From Raillietiella orientalis (taxonomy: Eukaryota), in assembly GCA_036172245.1 (NCBI GenBank), contig JAYWIR010000026.1, forward strand, positions 62,001-126,000: DNA of 64,000 nucleotides, written 5' to 3'. Both the position numbers and the translations under genes were made by a program. Shown here in pieces: positions 1 to 13,700 of this stretch (its first letter is position 1; the number at the start of each line of letters is the position of its first letter). Under the pieces are notes generated by a model. It made no database searches, had not been told where the DNA came from, and worked only from the letters and a program-made list of their open reading frames with translations.

Positions 1-2822
1 TCTTCTCCTTTTTGGAGATTGTTACTGTAAACTCCCACTTCGCCGCAACATCGCTGTCCAGATCCTTTAGCAGGGAGGGCAGCGCAGCAGCGAGAAGGGT
101 TCTTCCTGCCCACGCTCTCTTCTTTGGATCCTCCAGGCTCTCGTGGAGCGTGCAACCTGTGTAACCCCCAAACAGGAACCTTCGTTCCTGTTGGGAGCGT
201 TGCAAGCCGAACTCTTCCCACGTCCGAACGATTTCCTGCAACCAGGCACTATTGTTCAAAGGGCGACAGGTGAGCAATCCTGGGTTTTTCCGATACAGCG
301 CAGCCACCCTCCGTAGCTGGAGTCCGCATCAGTTGACGCGGCGACGGAGTGTAAGAAACGACGTCAGTCCCGTCTTGCCGGTGGGTTGCTGGAGAAGGAG
401 ACGTGCATGGACGCACCAACAGGTGCACCACAACTCTGGAACGAGTGCCGACAATCGGAACTGGAGCTGAAGCTCCAGCCGCTCCAGCGTCAGGAGGCCC
501 AGACCACCATCCCGACGAGGAGCGCACAAGTCCTTTAAGCGGAATCGGGCCCTCCTGTTGCCCAAAAGGGCAATACGAAGGAGGTCCTTTGTCCACTTTT
601 TAATTCTCTCTGTGGGGGGGTAAACAAAAAGCAGGGGGCGGAAGAGAGGAGCAGCGAACGTGTTCCAAGCAGCGGCCCGTTCAGTCAGGAAAAACCTGCC
701 TCCTCGGAACGGGCCGATCGCCGTCTCTACTTTTTGAGGCAGCCGGACCACGCTTCCGCAGGACAGTAGTCCCCCAACGGCAGACCAAGGTACTTGAAGT
801 ACCTCACCGTGGGGATCCCCAAACGGACCCAGTCCTGCTGCCCTGCCGACACCGCACCCACTGGCATCACGGGCGACTTCGCCCTCTTCACCGTAAGTCC
901 GGTTCCCTTATGCAGCAGGTCGAAGAACTCCTCGACCGCCGAAGCCGGGGAGGACATAGGGAGCAGCAGCAAAAGGTCGTCCGCGTACCCTGAAACGGCT
1001 GAACTACCGGCACAGTCGTGCGGCAGGTGCGCCAGTGTTCCCCTGTACGCTCTCAGTACCAACTCAAAGTAGGTACTGAACTGCAAGGGGCTCCGGCTGT
1101 CTCCCTACCGGATCCCACGCCGCACTGGCACGCTGTGCACGGTCTGTTCGCTAAAAGAAACGTTGATGAGTGCGTCGCGCCAGCAGGAGCGCAGATAGGC
1201 TACTAATGAGGCCGGGAAGCCCAAGCGTTACAGAAGCTCCAGAAGGAGATTCTGGTCGACGCAATCGAATGCCTTGCGCAAGTGGATTGCGACCCCAAGG
1301 GCTTCCTCCCCCACCCGACCTTCCGACCCCTTGCCGGCGCACGCGCCGAAATTCCGGCTGCGCACCAAGCTTTTTTTTTCTTGGAGCTCTAGCCAGGCGG
1401 AAGCGTGGAACACGTTCGTTTCCATGCTTCGCCCGGGAACAGCATATGTCTCTTCCGGGCTGACGAAGGTGTTAACAACCCGTCCCAGACGCTGTGCTTA
1501 AACGTGAGCCAGCAACATGGCGTCCGCATTCACTATTGTGATGGAACATCAGTTGTTAATGCTCCTCAGATCTCCTCTCTTAGGGAGGAGCCGCACCTTT
1601 GCCTGACGAAACGAGGCGGGAACGTCACCTGTTCCGCGTAATAGCAAGGTGAGTTGCTGTACCAGGGCGGTAAGCTCAGCCGCGAAAGTTTGGTGAAACT
1701 CCGCGGGCAGGCCATCCTCCCTTGGAGCTTTGCGCCTTTTGAGCTTTCCGATGGCCGAGAGGATCTCGTCCATCGTGAAAGGCTCGTCGAGGGTCTTTCT
1801 CTCCTCCTCCCCGATTGCTGGAGCGCCTCCCGGGAGCAAGAGTCGTGAGCGGTTCCTCTCCGGAGGTGCCCTGGAATACACGGAGGAGTAGTAACTCCGC
1901 GTCCGGCCGTGGATTTGGGCGCGTGCCGAGTGCTCCTGACCCTGATCGTCCAGCAAGCTGGCCTATCCGGACTGCCAGGCTTGCCACTTCTTCTCCCGCT
2001 TTGTATTTCGCCAGCCTGCGGATGTCGGTGGTTCTGGCGTAACGACGGACCTGCAGGCAGGCTTGATCCTTACGGACCCCAGTTCCAAAACCCGTAGGTC
2101 GGCAATGCAGAGGGAATTGGTCGCAGAACCTCTGGACCGACCGCTTGAAGCGGTCTCAATCCTGGAGTGTCCGCAGCCTGAAGCTCCGTATGAACGTGCG
2201 GAGATGTTCAGCCACGTCCGTGAGCTTCAGCCAGTCCCCTAGGAGACGCCACGCTGATGAGTGGGGGCTTCTGCCGCGCGGATGGATCTCGAGGACTATC
2301 TGGCGATGGTCGGACAGCTCTTACGGTAACTTGCCGCGCCTGCCCACGCGAGGGCACAGGTACTCGTCCAGAAACACGTGGTCAATGCTGTCTTCCATCC
2401 ACGGTGCACTGGCCAACAGATTACAGGTGTGCATTGCCATGCACACCTCGTTGACCAGGTCACGCTAGGGATTCTGCTCATCTGGTTTCAGGCGAACGTT
2501 GAAATCGCCTGAAACCAAATGAGCATTCCGCACGCCTGCTTCGGTGAGCCTGTCTCGGCGGAAGGCAAGGAAAAAATCTTTCCTCGCCCTGCTGGTCATC
2601 AGGTCCGCGCCGCTCGGTGCGTACACGTTCGTGACTATCAGATCGATCGAGTCGGACCACCTAAGAGTCAGCTGGCCGACACGACCGTGATCGTCGAACC
2701 GTACGCCCCGAGCCGCGGCGTCGACGGCTGGCCGAAGCAGGTGGGCAATACCGCAACTTTTCGGTCTCCCTCACCTTCACCACAGCCGCACTCTGGAGAT
2801 CCGTTCGATCTCTTGCGCTCGT
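1..2822 (-). mobile_element. L1/Tx1-like element, family A, disrupted ORF2 fragment (APE-RT-C-terminal region); runs off the window start
   Basis: Minus-strand fragments EPFTMDEILSAIGKLKRRKAP, LRKAFDCVDQ, GYADDLLLLLP and YFKYLGLPLG; colinear with 17809-20630; has frameshifts and stops. Confidence 0.92.
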
Positions 2823-3377
2823 ACAGTGCAGACGTGTTTTCGCGTCTATCCGCGCCAACGATCGGGCAACTTTGTGCCTGCGTTTTCGCTCGCACTTGTG
2901 TGTTCCTATGCAATCTGCCAAGTAGCATAGTGCAACTTGGCCAGTACACAGTATAGTGTGGACGAGCAAGCCACTCGATGCACTTCAGCTGCACTCGAAG
3001 GGGCCGCATCCTCCGCGGATGAAAATAAAGCATCCCCGCCCGCAACTCCCCGAAAAGGGAAAGTCACGGCGGGAAAGCCAATTAAAAAGGGGCGCGAGGG
3101 TTTGGCGCGTGCCGTGCCCTCCCTCTCTGCCGAACTCGCAAGCACCTTTCCGAGCCAGGAATTAGGAAATCAACGTAACACCCTGGAGGGAAAGGTAGGA
3201 AAACAGGAAGATCGCAACAGTGCGAAGACTTTTTGCCCCGTTCCGTTGTCCCTACCGAGTTCCGGACAGCCCCACTGCAGCGCAGGCCCCTCTGCAAAGG
3301 CTACGAAAGCCGTAAAAAGCAGCGTCGCGACGAGCAAAAGCACGCTGCATGCAGTCGCTCCATCACCGACTCGGCAG
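2823..3377 (+). mobile_element. 5' end of B-like element D (5' motif plus start of a low-complexity ORF1)
   Basis: AGACGTGTTTT at 2830; Ala/Ser/Lys-rich reading frame that resumes after the TSD at 9040-9054. Confidence 0.7.
3363..3377 (+). repeat. Target site duplication of element C (left copy)
   Basis: TCACCGACTCGGCAG here and TCACCGACTCGGCCG at 9040-9054 (14/15 match). Confidence 0.9.
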
Positions 3378-3518
3378 TTTTCCCCAAGTCCCACGAGGGG
3401 TAGGGTAAATTTATTTTTCTAAAATTTTTCTATAAACACATTCACACTACAATCTCATCCATAACATTAGCACTTTTTTTACCACTATGAAGTCCTTGGG
3501 TTCTTACAAGTTCTGCAC

Positions 3519-6500
3519 TCATGGTGGGTTTCCTGCTGTTTGGTCCAGGGCGTCGTCTTCTATCCACTTCAGGATGAATCGGTACGTCCAGGCTCGGATT
3601 TTCCTACAGTTTGTAATGCCGATTGTCCTCTTCAGGAGCACTTGTAGGATCTCCAACGGTGGTGCGGCTCTTCTTGCTTTCCTCATTTTCCACCACCGCA
3701 CAAGTATGCCGGTGATGAAGAGGGCTATGGTCGTCCTCACCATGGGATTGTAACAGGGAACATTAATATCCCCCTGAAATATTCCGGCGAGGATCTCCAT
3801 AACGGACTTGTTGGTAAGTCTTATGATCCTTTTCAGGATCAGCCAGTGATTCAGCAATGCTGGACACGTCAAGACGTGAAGTCTCGTGTCGGTGTCTCCA
3901 CATGCTGCGCAGTCTCGGTCTTCCGGTGAAGTGCTGCAATCAAGAACCACTCTGGATTCCTCCATGATAAAACATCAGGAGATCATCCTAAGTGCCCGGC
4001 GAAAGGTCACTCCTCCAGAGCGTCGTGCCAATCGCTAACAGGTTGATTCGGTTACTATCGTAGCGATCGGCGGCTTCCTGGAGGGCACTAATATCACTGT
4101 GTTCTTCTTGAATTAGTCTTCGGTGGTTTGTTTTAATAACAATCGACCACGCGAAGTCGTTATGGTTAATCCACACCTCGCGGGTGTGATCAGTGAACCT
4201 CCCTAACATCATCTCTATGTACCGAAGAACACGAGAGTGATCTGGGTTTCCTCCTCGGCGCCATTCCTGGATCCGTTGCAGGGTAACTCTGGACCGTTAA
4301 TGGATCCAGCTTCTCGTGTCCGGGAAGACAGGAAGAATCCAAGAGATCACCAGGATGGACTCGTCCTGCCAGAGTTCCCTAATTCTCAAAGCGATCTTGA
4401 TTTCGTGCTTTTGCACCAGCCGTTGCTCACTCGTCCAGGTTGGGTCGATTTTTTTCCATTCGCGTGCTCCGCCTAGCAGCGCAGTCATCAGGCCTTTCCA
4501 GTTGTTCAACAACAACGCGTAGGCCCTGTTCGCCGCATACGGCCAGTCATCCCAGTGAGTGGCAATGTGCAGGATGTGTCGCGTATTCATGATTTCTATG
4601 GAGTGTGCAAGCGACGTCATCCCAAAACCGCCTTATTCCCTGGGACGACACAGGGGTTTTAGTCGGACTCTTGGGCGATAGTGGCCACACAGTGTTTTTC
4701 TCTGCAGCTTGTCGAACTCACTCGTGGTGTCCTTGTTCATCCTCGCGAAGGCCGCCCCGAAGAGAACTTTTGGAAGGAGTACTTCGTTCCATATGTTGGC
4801 CTTTCGCTTCATTCCAAGGTCCGTTCAGGTGTACTTGGCTGCTTCCTTGGCCGTTTTCCCTAGGATCTCGGTCCACAATAGCTTCGACGCGGAGACGTCG
4901 TCAATGTAGACACCCAGGTATTTGGCCTTGTCCACCGTTCGGAATCCTCTCCCCGCTAGAGTGGAGAGATCCAGGATTCCAACGGGCAAAAGCTAACTTT
5001 TCTGGGCGTTGATCTTTAGACCGAGGCCTTGATCCATCAGGTCTACCACATCCAGAAACGCCCGTTGATTTCTCTCTCCCTTGATAAAGAAGAGTAGATC
5101 ATCAGTGTTTGCCAGATGGGTAAGACGCTGGCCATCGATTGTTGTGCCTTGCAGTCGTCCGCTCTTCTCGATAAAGGACGACATCGACTCCATGTAGATG
5201 GCGAACAGTATCGCGCTTAGCTAATGGCCTGCCGGTCTCCCTGTTCCATCCGGATTGCTGCCGTCTCCTGGCCGTTGATTTTGATTCGGCAGTACTGGTT
5301 CTGGAGTACCACCCTCACGAAGTTGCTGAAGTGTTCAGGAACGCCTAGCTTCTCCGAAACCTTCAGCAGCATTTCATGGTCGATGGAGTCGAAAGCCTTC
5401 TCCATGTCAGTTAACACCAGCGCCAGGTTCTCGCCGACGTATCGGCTGAGTCCGACGGTGGCCTGGGCACACTTGACATTGTCCGACATGTGACGTCCAG
5501 GGACTGCACACGTTTGGACCAAAGAGATGAGCTTTGACATGACCTTGCCGAAGCGGTTGGACCAGATCTTTGCAAACCACTTGGCATCCGAGTTCAAGAT
5601 CGAGATTGGCCTCCATTAAGCGACCTGCGTGAGGTCGCCTCCTTTTGGCAACAATCTTATCCGACTCTCGTAGAAAAACTGTAGAAGTCTTCCTTCTTCG
5701 CGGATGCAAAAGGTCAACTGGTGGAACGAACGCATGTAGGCATGCAGGTACCGCTGAGATTGAGTGATGGGTACGCTGTCAGGGCCCGCTGCCACGTCCT
5801 TGCGTAGTTGACCAAACGCAGTCTTCACCTCGTCTTCGGAGAATTCCTCCTCCAGTCTGTTGCGCTAAAGATCGTCGGTCCTCTTCTCGAGGTAGCTCAG
5901 AAAATCCTGTTGACTAGAGCGACAGAGATGTTGTCGCCTGAAGTGTTTCGTATAATACCTGTGAGAGGCATCCACGATGTCCTCAGACCACTGTCGCTTT
6001 TGACCGTCGTACTGGATCCAGAAGATATCTGTTGCCAGATTTCTCTTCTCCCGCACGCCGACTTCCCATTTTATGTTTCTGAAGACGTACGAACTCTCGT
6101 ACTGATCGAAGTACTTTGATAGTGAGCGATCTTGGATGTTCACCTCCTGGTACGCCTCCTGCTTCAAGCGCCTATCCCCGAACTGCATGTTTGCAAACAG
6201 ATGTATCCTGTGTTTCAGGCTGTCCCAGCTGGCGACTCTTCGGATCGTTGTTGCCTTCAGAATCGTCTCGAGGACTGCCTGATATCCGGGATAGGTTTCG
6301 AACCAGGCGGGCATGCTGATGAGCGCCGCCATGATGCCTTGCCTTCGCCGAGGCTTCTCCGTTCTTAGGTAAAACCGCACCAGGAGGTGATCGGACACCG
6401 TGGTCATAATGTTTTGAAAACCCTGAATGCGATTCCCTAGTTCGGTGCTGTGGAGTACGTGATCGATCGGTTTGTGACTTGCTGTTCGCCACACCAGTCC

Positions 6501-7028
6501 GAACTCGTGGGATAGCCGCTGATAAGCCGTACTTCCTCTGGCGTTCTGGGATTGAGTGATCTCATCCAATAGGTTGTCATCGCCAGCAACAATCACGACG
6601 TCCTTGGGGGCGACCTTTTCACGGAGTGCTGCATGCAGCGCCTCCGCACCACGATGTTTCAGCCTGTGCGGCCCGTACACGTTCACCAGGATGAGGTGAA
6701 CAGTAGCGGACCAGGCCAGTCGCACGCCGATGATTCGTCCGGGTTGGGCACAGAACACTTCCAGAATAGTGGGGGCCAAGTTGTTCTTGATTAGGACCGC
6801 CACACCCTGCGTGTTCCGTTCTCCCTCGCTGACGAAAATCTGCCCGTTGAATCGCCGTTCCATTTGCTGACTAATCTCGAGACCCATCTTGTGGGTCTCC
6901 TGCAGGCACACTATGTCTTGTTGTGCGATGGTCCGCACAATCCTTCTTCTTTTTCCCTGGTCGACCATACCGTTTACATTCCAGGAGGCGATGTTCAGCC
7001 TCCTGGCGGTCGATAGGGAAGAGGCCAT
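3519..7028 (-). pseudogene. Element C ORF2 (APE + RT + C-terminal Zn finger), disrupted
   Basis: IASWNVNG, LQETH, NVYGP, IDH, SDH, DMEKAFDSIDH, NTDDLLFF, CAACG..HVLTC; several stops and frameshifts. Confidence 0.92.
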
Positions 7029-7154
7029 AAAAGGAAAAGGCCTATTTCTTTGCCTTCCTGAGCTTCTTCTGTCTGAGAGAGCGTGCTCTTCCAGACAGTG
7101 AAGAAGCAGCGGGCTTCTCGCTGCCAGCGTCACTCTCCGTTCCAGTAAGGTCGG

Positions 7155-8977
7155 TTATTTTTGCCTCCTCCGTCGAGTGTCGGCCCGCGCGATCAATTTT
7201 CGAGATAGTGCCTCTATCTGGACCTTGGCGAAGAAGTTCGCCTTTATGTCGTCAAGCTGTTCCTCGAACTTCTCGCGTTTGGTGACCTCTACAACTTCGT
7301 TGAGCTTCTTCTGTGCATTGCTGAGCTTCTGCAAGAGTTTCTCTCGATGGGGACCCCTCTGCACCTCTATGACTTCATTAGTTAGTGATGCCAGCCCCTC
7401 CGTAGATTGCAGGGCCTCCTGCGATACAGGAGTGCTTCGTCTATTTCTTCTTCCTCCCTTTTCTGCTCTACCTCCATCTTCTCGCCTTCTTGCTCTTCAC
7501 CTTCCAGGATAATAGGGATTTCTCGCTCCTTGACGAGCATCCTCCTCTTTCCTTTCTTCCCTACCTGTATGAAGCCGTCTTCCGATACCGGGACGGCTTC
7601 TTTCACCTTCTTCGGCCTTCCTGCCTTCTGAGGCTGTTCCGCCTCCTTGGTGTTTCTCTCTCTCACGGGAGAGAGTCCTCGAATCCTTCTGCAGTTTGCA
7701 AACTCCGGACAGCTCCATTTGGCATGTCCGTGTTTCTTGCAGAAGGAGCACACCTCCGGCTGCGGGCAGTTTCCGACTTGATGTCCTACTTTGCCGCAGC
7801 GGGAACAACGACACGTTGGGCAAGCGCCCGTTCTGTGGCCGAACTGCTTGCACCCGGTGCAGAATATCGGCTGTTGCCGGTAACGCACGTTCACTCCCTG
7901 GGATTGTTCGTCAAGAACGGCTAATCCAGGGATCACAGCTCCCTCTTTCAACTCCATTTTGGCGATCATGTCGCCAGAAAATATTTTTCCAGAGAAGTTC
8001 TGGAATTCAAGGTCCAGAACTTCTTCATACTGTTCCAAAAAGTTCCACACCGTGAGTTGCGGTGTGAAGATGGAGATGCCGTTCAGAAACACGGTTGTGT
8101 ATGGCATCTTGCCAATGCCACAAACCATCTTCCCTTGTATATTGATCCCCTTCTGGATCAGTCCCTCTCTAATATTTTCACAGTCTGTGAAGACTGTGAA
8201 CCCGTTGTTTGCTCGTATGATCGCCTGTATGCAATCAAAATTGATATCCGTTTTATCGACGGACAGATACACCTTCCTGATATTATTAAACTTGATCACC
8301 CAAGTCTTGAAAATGATGAGCTTCACATTCGGTTCTAACTCCACGATCGGCCGATCCACCTTTTGGAGTTTGCCGCATAGCGGCTTCCCGAATTTTCTTG
8401 GTGGGTGGACACTCGCTTGTCCAACCGGCACCGACGCATAGGAAAAGGGCTGCGCCGCCGCAGCCGAACAAGATGGCGTCTCGCCCTGCACCGCGTGGAC
8501 GCCCGCGGGTCCTGCCTGGGACGCCGCTGCCGCGAGCGCAACCCTCGACGTCGCCACCGTTGCCGCCGCCGGCGGCACCCTCGGCATCGCCGCCGCAGGC
8601 ACGACCTTCCCTGCCGCGGGCACGCTCCTCGGCGTCGCCGCCGATGGCAGGACCTCCGCCGTCGTCGCCGCGGGAACGACTCTTGGCATCACCGCCGCCG
8701 ACGCAGCAAAGCCCGCCGCGGGCGCGATGCTAGGCATGCCTGCCACCGCCTCGCCGTTGCCGCACGTTACCTCCATGGCTTCCATGGGGGACGACGGTCT
8801 CTCCACTCCTCCTCCAGGTGCCTGCATGCTGGCAGCTGGTCTTCCTGCACGGGACGACTGCAGTTCTTTTGCCGTTATCTCCTCGGCGCTGCTTTTGTAG
8901 CTGTATGAGGAGATCCTATGCAGCCCACTATAGTGCACACTCACTTTCTTCAGGATACTTTCCCTCTCCGGGCACAT
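7155..8977 (-). CDS. Element C ORF1, gag-like with three CCHC knuckles (531-aa open frame 7382-8977; C-terminus probably frameshifted)
   Basis: CTGCKQFGHRTGAC, CSRCGKVGHQVGNC, CSFCKKHGHAKWSC; RRM-like upstream region; charged tail at 7155-7364. Confidence 0.85.
8550..8720 (-). repeat. Degenerate Ala/Pro-rich coding repeats in element C ORF1
   Basis: Repeated peptides such as MPRVVPAA, TPRSVPAA and MPRVPPAA. Confidence 0.6.
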
Positions 8978-9039
8978 ACGATCACAATCAACTAAGTAAT
9001 CCTCGTCGTGCGCGTTATACTATGACCCGCGATGCAAGG

Positions 9040-9054
9040 TCACCGACTCGGCCG
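9040..9054 (+). repeat. Target site duplication of element C (right copy)
   Basis: Matches 3363-3377. Confidence 0.9.
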
Positions 9055-10521
9055 GAGAGGAGCAATCTCGCGACTGTCAAGAAGGTGAATCCGTTGCCGC
9101 CTTCTAAAGGCGTAGCGAAAGCAACGTTCCCAGAGAACGCAGCGAAAATCTTGGAGGTTTCCGCAACTACTGTCGCGGAAGCCTCCGAAAATCGCGAAGG
9201 CGAATGGAAGGTTGTGGAGTGGAGGAAAGAAAAATCTCCAAAAAAAGCTTCCCAGCATCTCTCCCTGAGCTCTTCCAAAGGAAAAAGCAGTCGCGCGAAT
9301 AGGAAAACACGCGCGGCTTGTGCCTCTTCCCAGGAAAAAGCCAGCACCTTCGAAGCGTGCAAGTCCGCCTCTGTGAGCGCCGAGAAGACCACTCCGTTGC
9401 AATCGGACGGATGCAAGCTCACGTCAATCGTGCGAGCATCAGACTCCGCAAAGGAGTCCGATAGCGCCGCTGGATGACGCGTTACTCGCGCAAAAGCGAG
9501 CGCTTGCAGGGCTAAATTCCTGAGGCGTGACACACTCGCCGCGAAACGGCGAGTGCTCACCCCGGAACCCACAGGTTCTGCACCCGGGGAGGAGCACTCG
9601 ATTACGTGCAGCACAGTTGAGGCCGGTGGCGACTGCGCCCTCCAGCTTGTCGTGCTACTTACTGTCCGCTCGCCAAGTGAGGCGAGCACCACGGCCTTGC
9701 TTTCCCAGCCGTGATGAGGGCAATCGCGTCTCCTCGTCGTGTTGTTGGGACGTCTTGAAACTTCAACGGGCTCCAACACGAGGAGAAGAGGCGACTAGTG
9801 GCTGACACTCTGCGCGCCTTCTACTTGACGCTCCTGCAGGAGATTCACAGCATCTCCGAAGAGCAGGCTGCCGAAATCGAACGGCGCGCGGGCGGAACGC
9901 TACTTTATAGGTGCGGCGTTGCACGTACGTGCGGCGTCGCTTTCCTCGTGCGAGGAACTTTGGCGGGAGCGGTGCGCAGCCCTAGTTTCGACAAGGAAGG
10001 CCGAGTGGGACAGCTTGTACTCAAGTTGTTCGACTTGATCGACCTTGTCGTAACCAACGTGTACGCGCCGAGCGGTGCTGGACGATGGGCCGAAAGGATT
10101 GAGTTCTTCGGTACCGTTCAAAGCCAGTAGCCCACTCGATCTCACCCTACTGTGGATCATCTCATTGCGGGGGCTTTAACGTACACCTGCTTTCCGAGAA
10201 TAGCTCCCACAAAAGGAAAAAGTTGCTAGCGGAAGAGATGTGCGCGTCCGTGCACGCGTGCAACTTGTTCGCTAGCGACCCTATTATAGCAGCAACGCCG
10301 GACCACGTATACCTTGATGAATACTTGCTCTCTCGAGTGGGTCGGAGAGGTCCCGTGCCGTCCGTGCTTTCAGGCCACAACAGGCTCGAGTTCCATTTGC
10401 TCCCGCCAGGTAAGAGGCCTCCAAACTGTTTTTGGAGGATGCCGGCAGACTGGATAAGCCACCCGGAGGCGGCTGAGCATCTTCGCCAGTACCTCCTCGG
10501 CATTGCCATTAGTGAGCTCGA
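9055..10521 (+). mobile_element. Element D continued: ORF1 C-terminus and ORF2 APE domain (from 9714), degenerate
   Basis: TGATG at 9712-9716, then LLQEIH, CGVAFLV, VTNVYAP, DHVYLD and a degenerate SGH motif. Confidence 0.88.
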
Positions 10522-10767
10522 TTTTCATCCGGTTGCGCTGGGGCGTTCATTCCTTAGAATAGAACAAACGTTGGTGGCTGACAAGGTGGTCCGGCCACGC
10601 ACTGGTATACAAAATTAAGCCTGCCGGGTCAACAGTTCGTATTCCGGCACGGTCCATTACGACAGTAGAGGAACCAAGGACAAAACAAAAAATAAAACAA
10701 AAAAAAGAAATATTTAAAATCAAGATCTGGGGGGCACGGGAAGGGATCACAGTCTGCTGTGGGGCCG

Positions 10768-13700
10768 TTACATCCTTTGAAGGATGCCGGCAAGCTGTTT
10801 ATGGATTTTTGAATCCACATAAGTCCATCCTGTCGCCGTCCGCATAAATTCGTCTGCGCACTGGACGGCACCCTTATCGCGAGGGCCTCCCGTTGCTTTG
10901 CTCCATGCAGCGACGATCCCATGAGAGCAGCAAAGGGCTGCTAACGCGGCCGAGGGCCGAAGGGCGTCGCAAACGAAGAGGCATCTGATTACGTCTGTGG
11001 GGTTGCCACAGGGGTTACCGATTGCCGCGGCAAAACGGTTCCAAAGGGACCAAAAAGCCACACAATCCAAAAGGAGGTGAGAAAGGGACTCCCGTTCACC
11101 ACACCTCGCACAATTAGGGCTCACTGCTCCCAAGAAACAATGGTGACGGCGGACGTTGCACAGGAGTTCCTAATGCAGCAACAATAGCGCCGACTCCTGT
11201 CATTTTATGGGGAGGATGGAGGTGTTCATCAGCACCGGGAGCCACTTCAATTGTTCTCGCGGAACATTAAGCAGCTCGCTTCAGCGCATAAGTCCAATAG
11301 GAGGAGTAATCCGGGCCGCAGTATCGAAGAAAATACCCGTTTTCCATTCCCCGATCTTTTTTTACGTACCGGAGATATTAACATACACATCCCATTTCGC
11401 AGCAGTGTTGTCTTCCAAATGTTCCGCGAGCAGAAACAGCATTGCAACGAGGGGAGTTTTTCTTGCCCACGCTCGTATTTGTGGGTTTTCCAGGACCTCC
11501 CGGAGCATCAGGCGGTCATTACGTTCGAAGAGATGTCTCTGCCCTTCTTGGGTGCGTTGCTGGTTGCTCCTTGGCCACGTCTGAACCGTTTCCTGTAGCC
11601 ATGCAGGTCCGTTAACGAAGCGACAGCAGAGCCATCCTGCGTACTTGCTCATCAGGTCAGCCACTCTCCGTAGCTGCAACCAGCAGTGACCGACTTGGCG
11701 GCGCCGACGGAGCGCAAGGAAGGATGACAGTCCCACCTTGCCTGTAGCCTGCTCGACGAGGAGACGTGCGGGCTCGCACCAACTGCTACTCCAATATTTC
11801 GCCACTAGGGCGAGTAACCGAAACTGGAGCTGGAGCTCCAGCCGCTCTAGCGTCAGGAGGCCGACACCGCCGTCCCGACGCGGAGCGCTCAAGTCCTCAA
11901 GCCGGACTCGGGCCCTCCCATTACCCCACAGGGCAATCCTTAGGAGGTCCTTCGTCCGCTTTTTAGTCTCTGTGGTGGGAGGGCAAACAAAAAGTAGTGA
12001 ACGGAGAAGGGGTTTACGAACGCGTTCCACACCGTGGCCCATTCCGGCAGAAAAAACCTGCGGCCTTGGAACGGGCCGACAGCAATCTCTATCTTCTGAA
12101 GATAGCTGGACCACGCATCCGAAGGAAAAAAATCCCCTATCGGTACTCCAAAGTAGTTGAATTAGTTCACCGTAAAGATCCTTAAACGAACCCAGTCCTG
12201 CTGCCCTGGCCACGCCGCACCAACTGGCATCACGGACGACTTCGACCTGTTTACCTCAAGCTTGGTTCCCCGACTTTGCCGGTCGAAGAACTCCTCGACC
12301 GCCGATGCCGGGGTGGACATAGGGAGCAGCAGCAGTAGGTCGTCCGCATATGCTGACACCGCGGGCGTACCGGGATAGTCGCGCGGCAGGTGCGCTAGAG
12401 TTTCCCTGTACGCTCTGAGTACCAACTCGAAGTAGGTACTGAAGAGCAAGGGACTCAGGCTGTCTCCCTGTTGTATGCCGCGTCGCTCCGGTACGCCGTG
12501 CACGGTGTGTTTACTGGAAAAGATCTGGATGAGCGCGTCGCGCCAGCAGGATTGCAGGTAGGTCAGCAAAGAGACCGAGAAGCCCAAGCGTTCCAGGAGC
12601 TCCAGAAGGAGCCTCTGGTCGACACAGTCGAATGCTTTATGCAAATCGACTGCGACTGCGAGGGCTCCTTCCTCCCCCCCAACCATCCCGTTTCCTAGCG
12701 GCGGACATTCCGGAAGTCCGGTTGCCCATCCTGATTCTTTCCTGTTGGAGCGCGAAAAAGGTGCTGGCGAGGAACAGGTTGCCATCCACGCTCCGCCCGG
12801 GAACAGCATATGTCTGCTCCAGGCTAATGAAGCTTTCCGCTAACCGCCCCAGGCGTTCAGCCCACAATTTCGCTAGCAAATTGGCGTCCGGGTTTATCAC
12901 GGTAATCGGCCGCCAGTTGCTCATGCTCCGAAGGTCTCCTCCCTTAGGGAGGAGACGCACCTTTGCCGAACAAAACGAGGCGGGGACGTCGCCCGTTTCG
13001 CGGATCAGCAAGGTGAGTTTCTTTACAAGGGGAGTAAGCTTTGCCGCGAAACATTGAAAAAATTCCGCTGGCAGGCCGTCCTTTCCTGGAGCCTTCTTCC
13101 TTTTGAGCTTTTTGATGGCCGAGATGATCTCGCCCATCGTGAAAGGCTCGCCGAAGGTGTTTCTATCTTCCTACCCGATCGCCGGAGCGCCTTCCGGAAG
13201 AAGAAGTCGCGAGACATCCCGTTCCGGTGGAGCGCGCGCGTATACGGAATAGTAGAATTTTTTTAATAAGCCTTTTCCCCGGGCGGGGGCCGAGTGCTCC
13301 GAGCTCTGGTCGTCCAGTAAGCTGGCCGACCGGGATTGCCACGCCTGCCTCTCGGCTTCCGCACAATATTCGGCTAGCCTGCGTACGTCTGGTGTTCGCG
13401 CGTAACATCGAGATAGTAAATACCATCTCTCCTTACGCACGCTTTCACCAAACCCGGCAGGCAGGAGGTTCATAGGGAACTCCTCGCAAAAATTCCGGAC
13501 CGAGCGCTTGAAGCGGTCCCAGTCCTGAAGCGTCTGCAAGCTGAAACGTCATAGGAATCCGCGGAGATGCTCCGCGGCTTCCGGAAGTTTCAGCCAGTCC
13601 CCCGCTAAGCGGCACGCAGATGACGGCGGACCCCTGTCGCGTGGGCGCACATCGAGTACGATCAAGTCATGGTCCGACAGTTCCGACGGTAACTTGCCGC

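Larger units (their letters stand above)
3378..9039 (-). mobile_element. Full-length divergent L1/Tx1-like element (family C), about 5.66 kb
   Basis: ORF1 plus ORF2; AATAAA and a 4-nt A tail at the 3' end; flanked by a 15-bp TSD. Confidence 0.93.

Noticed and set aside
2783..2822. A roughly 40-bp TSD pairing 2783-2822 with 24550-24590
   Set aside because: Homologous APE codons but from different host families, with too many mismatches
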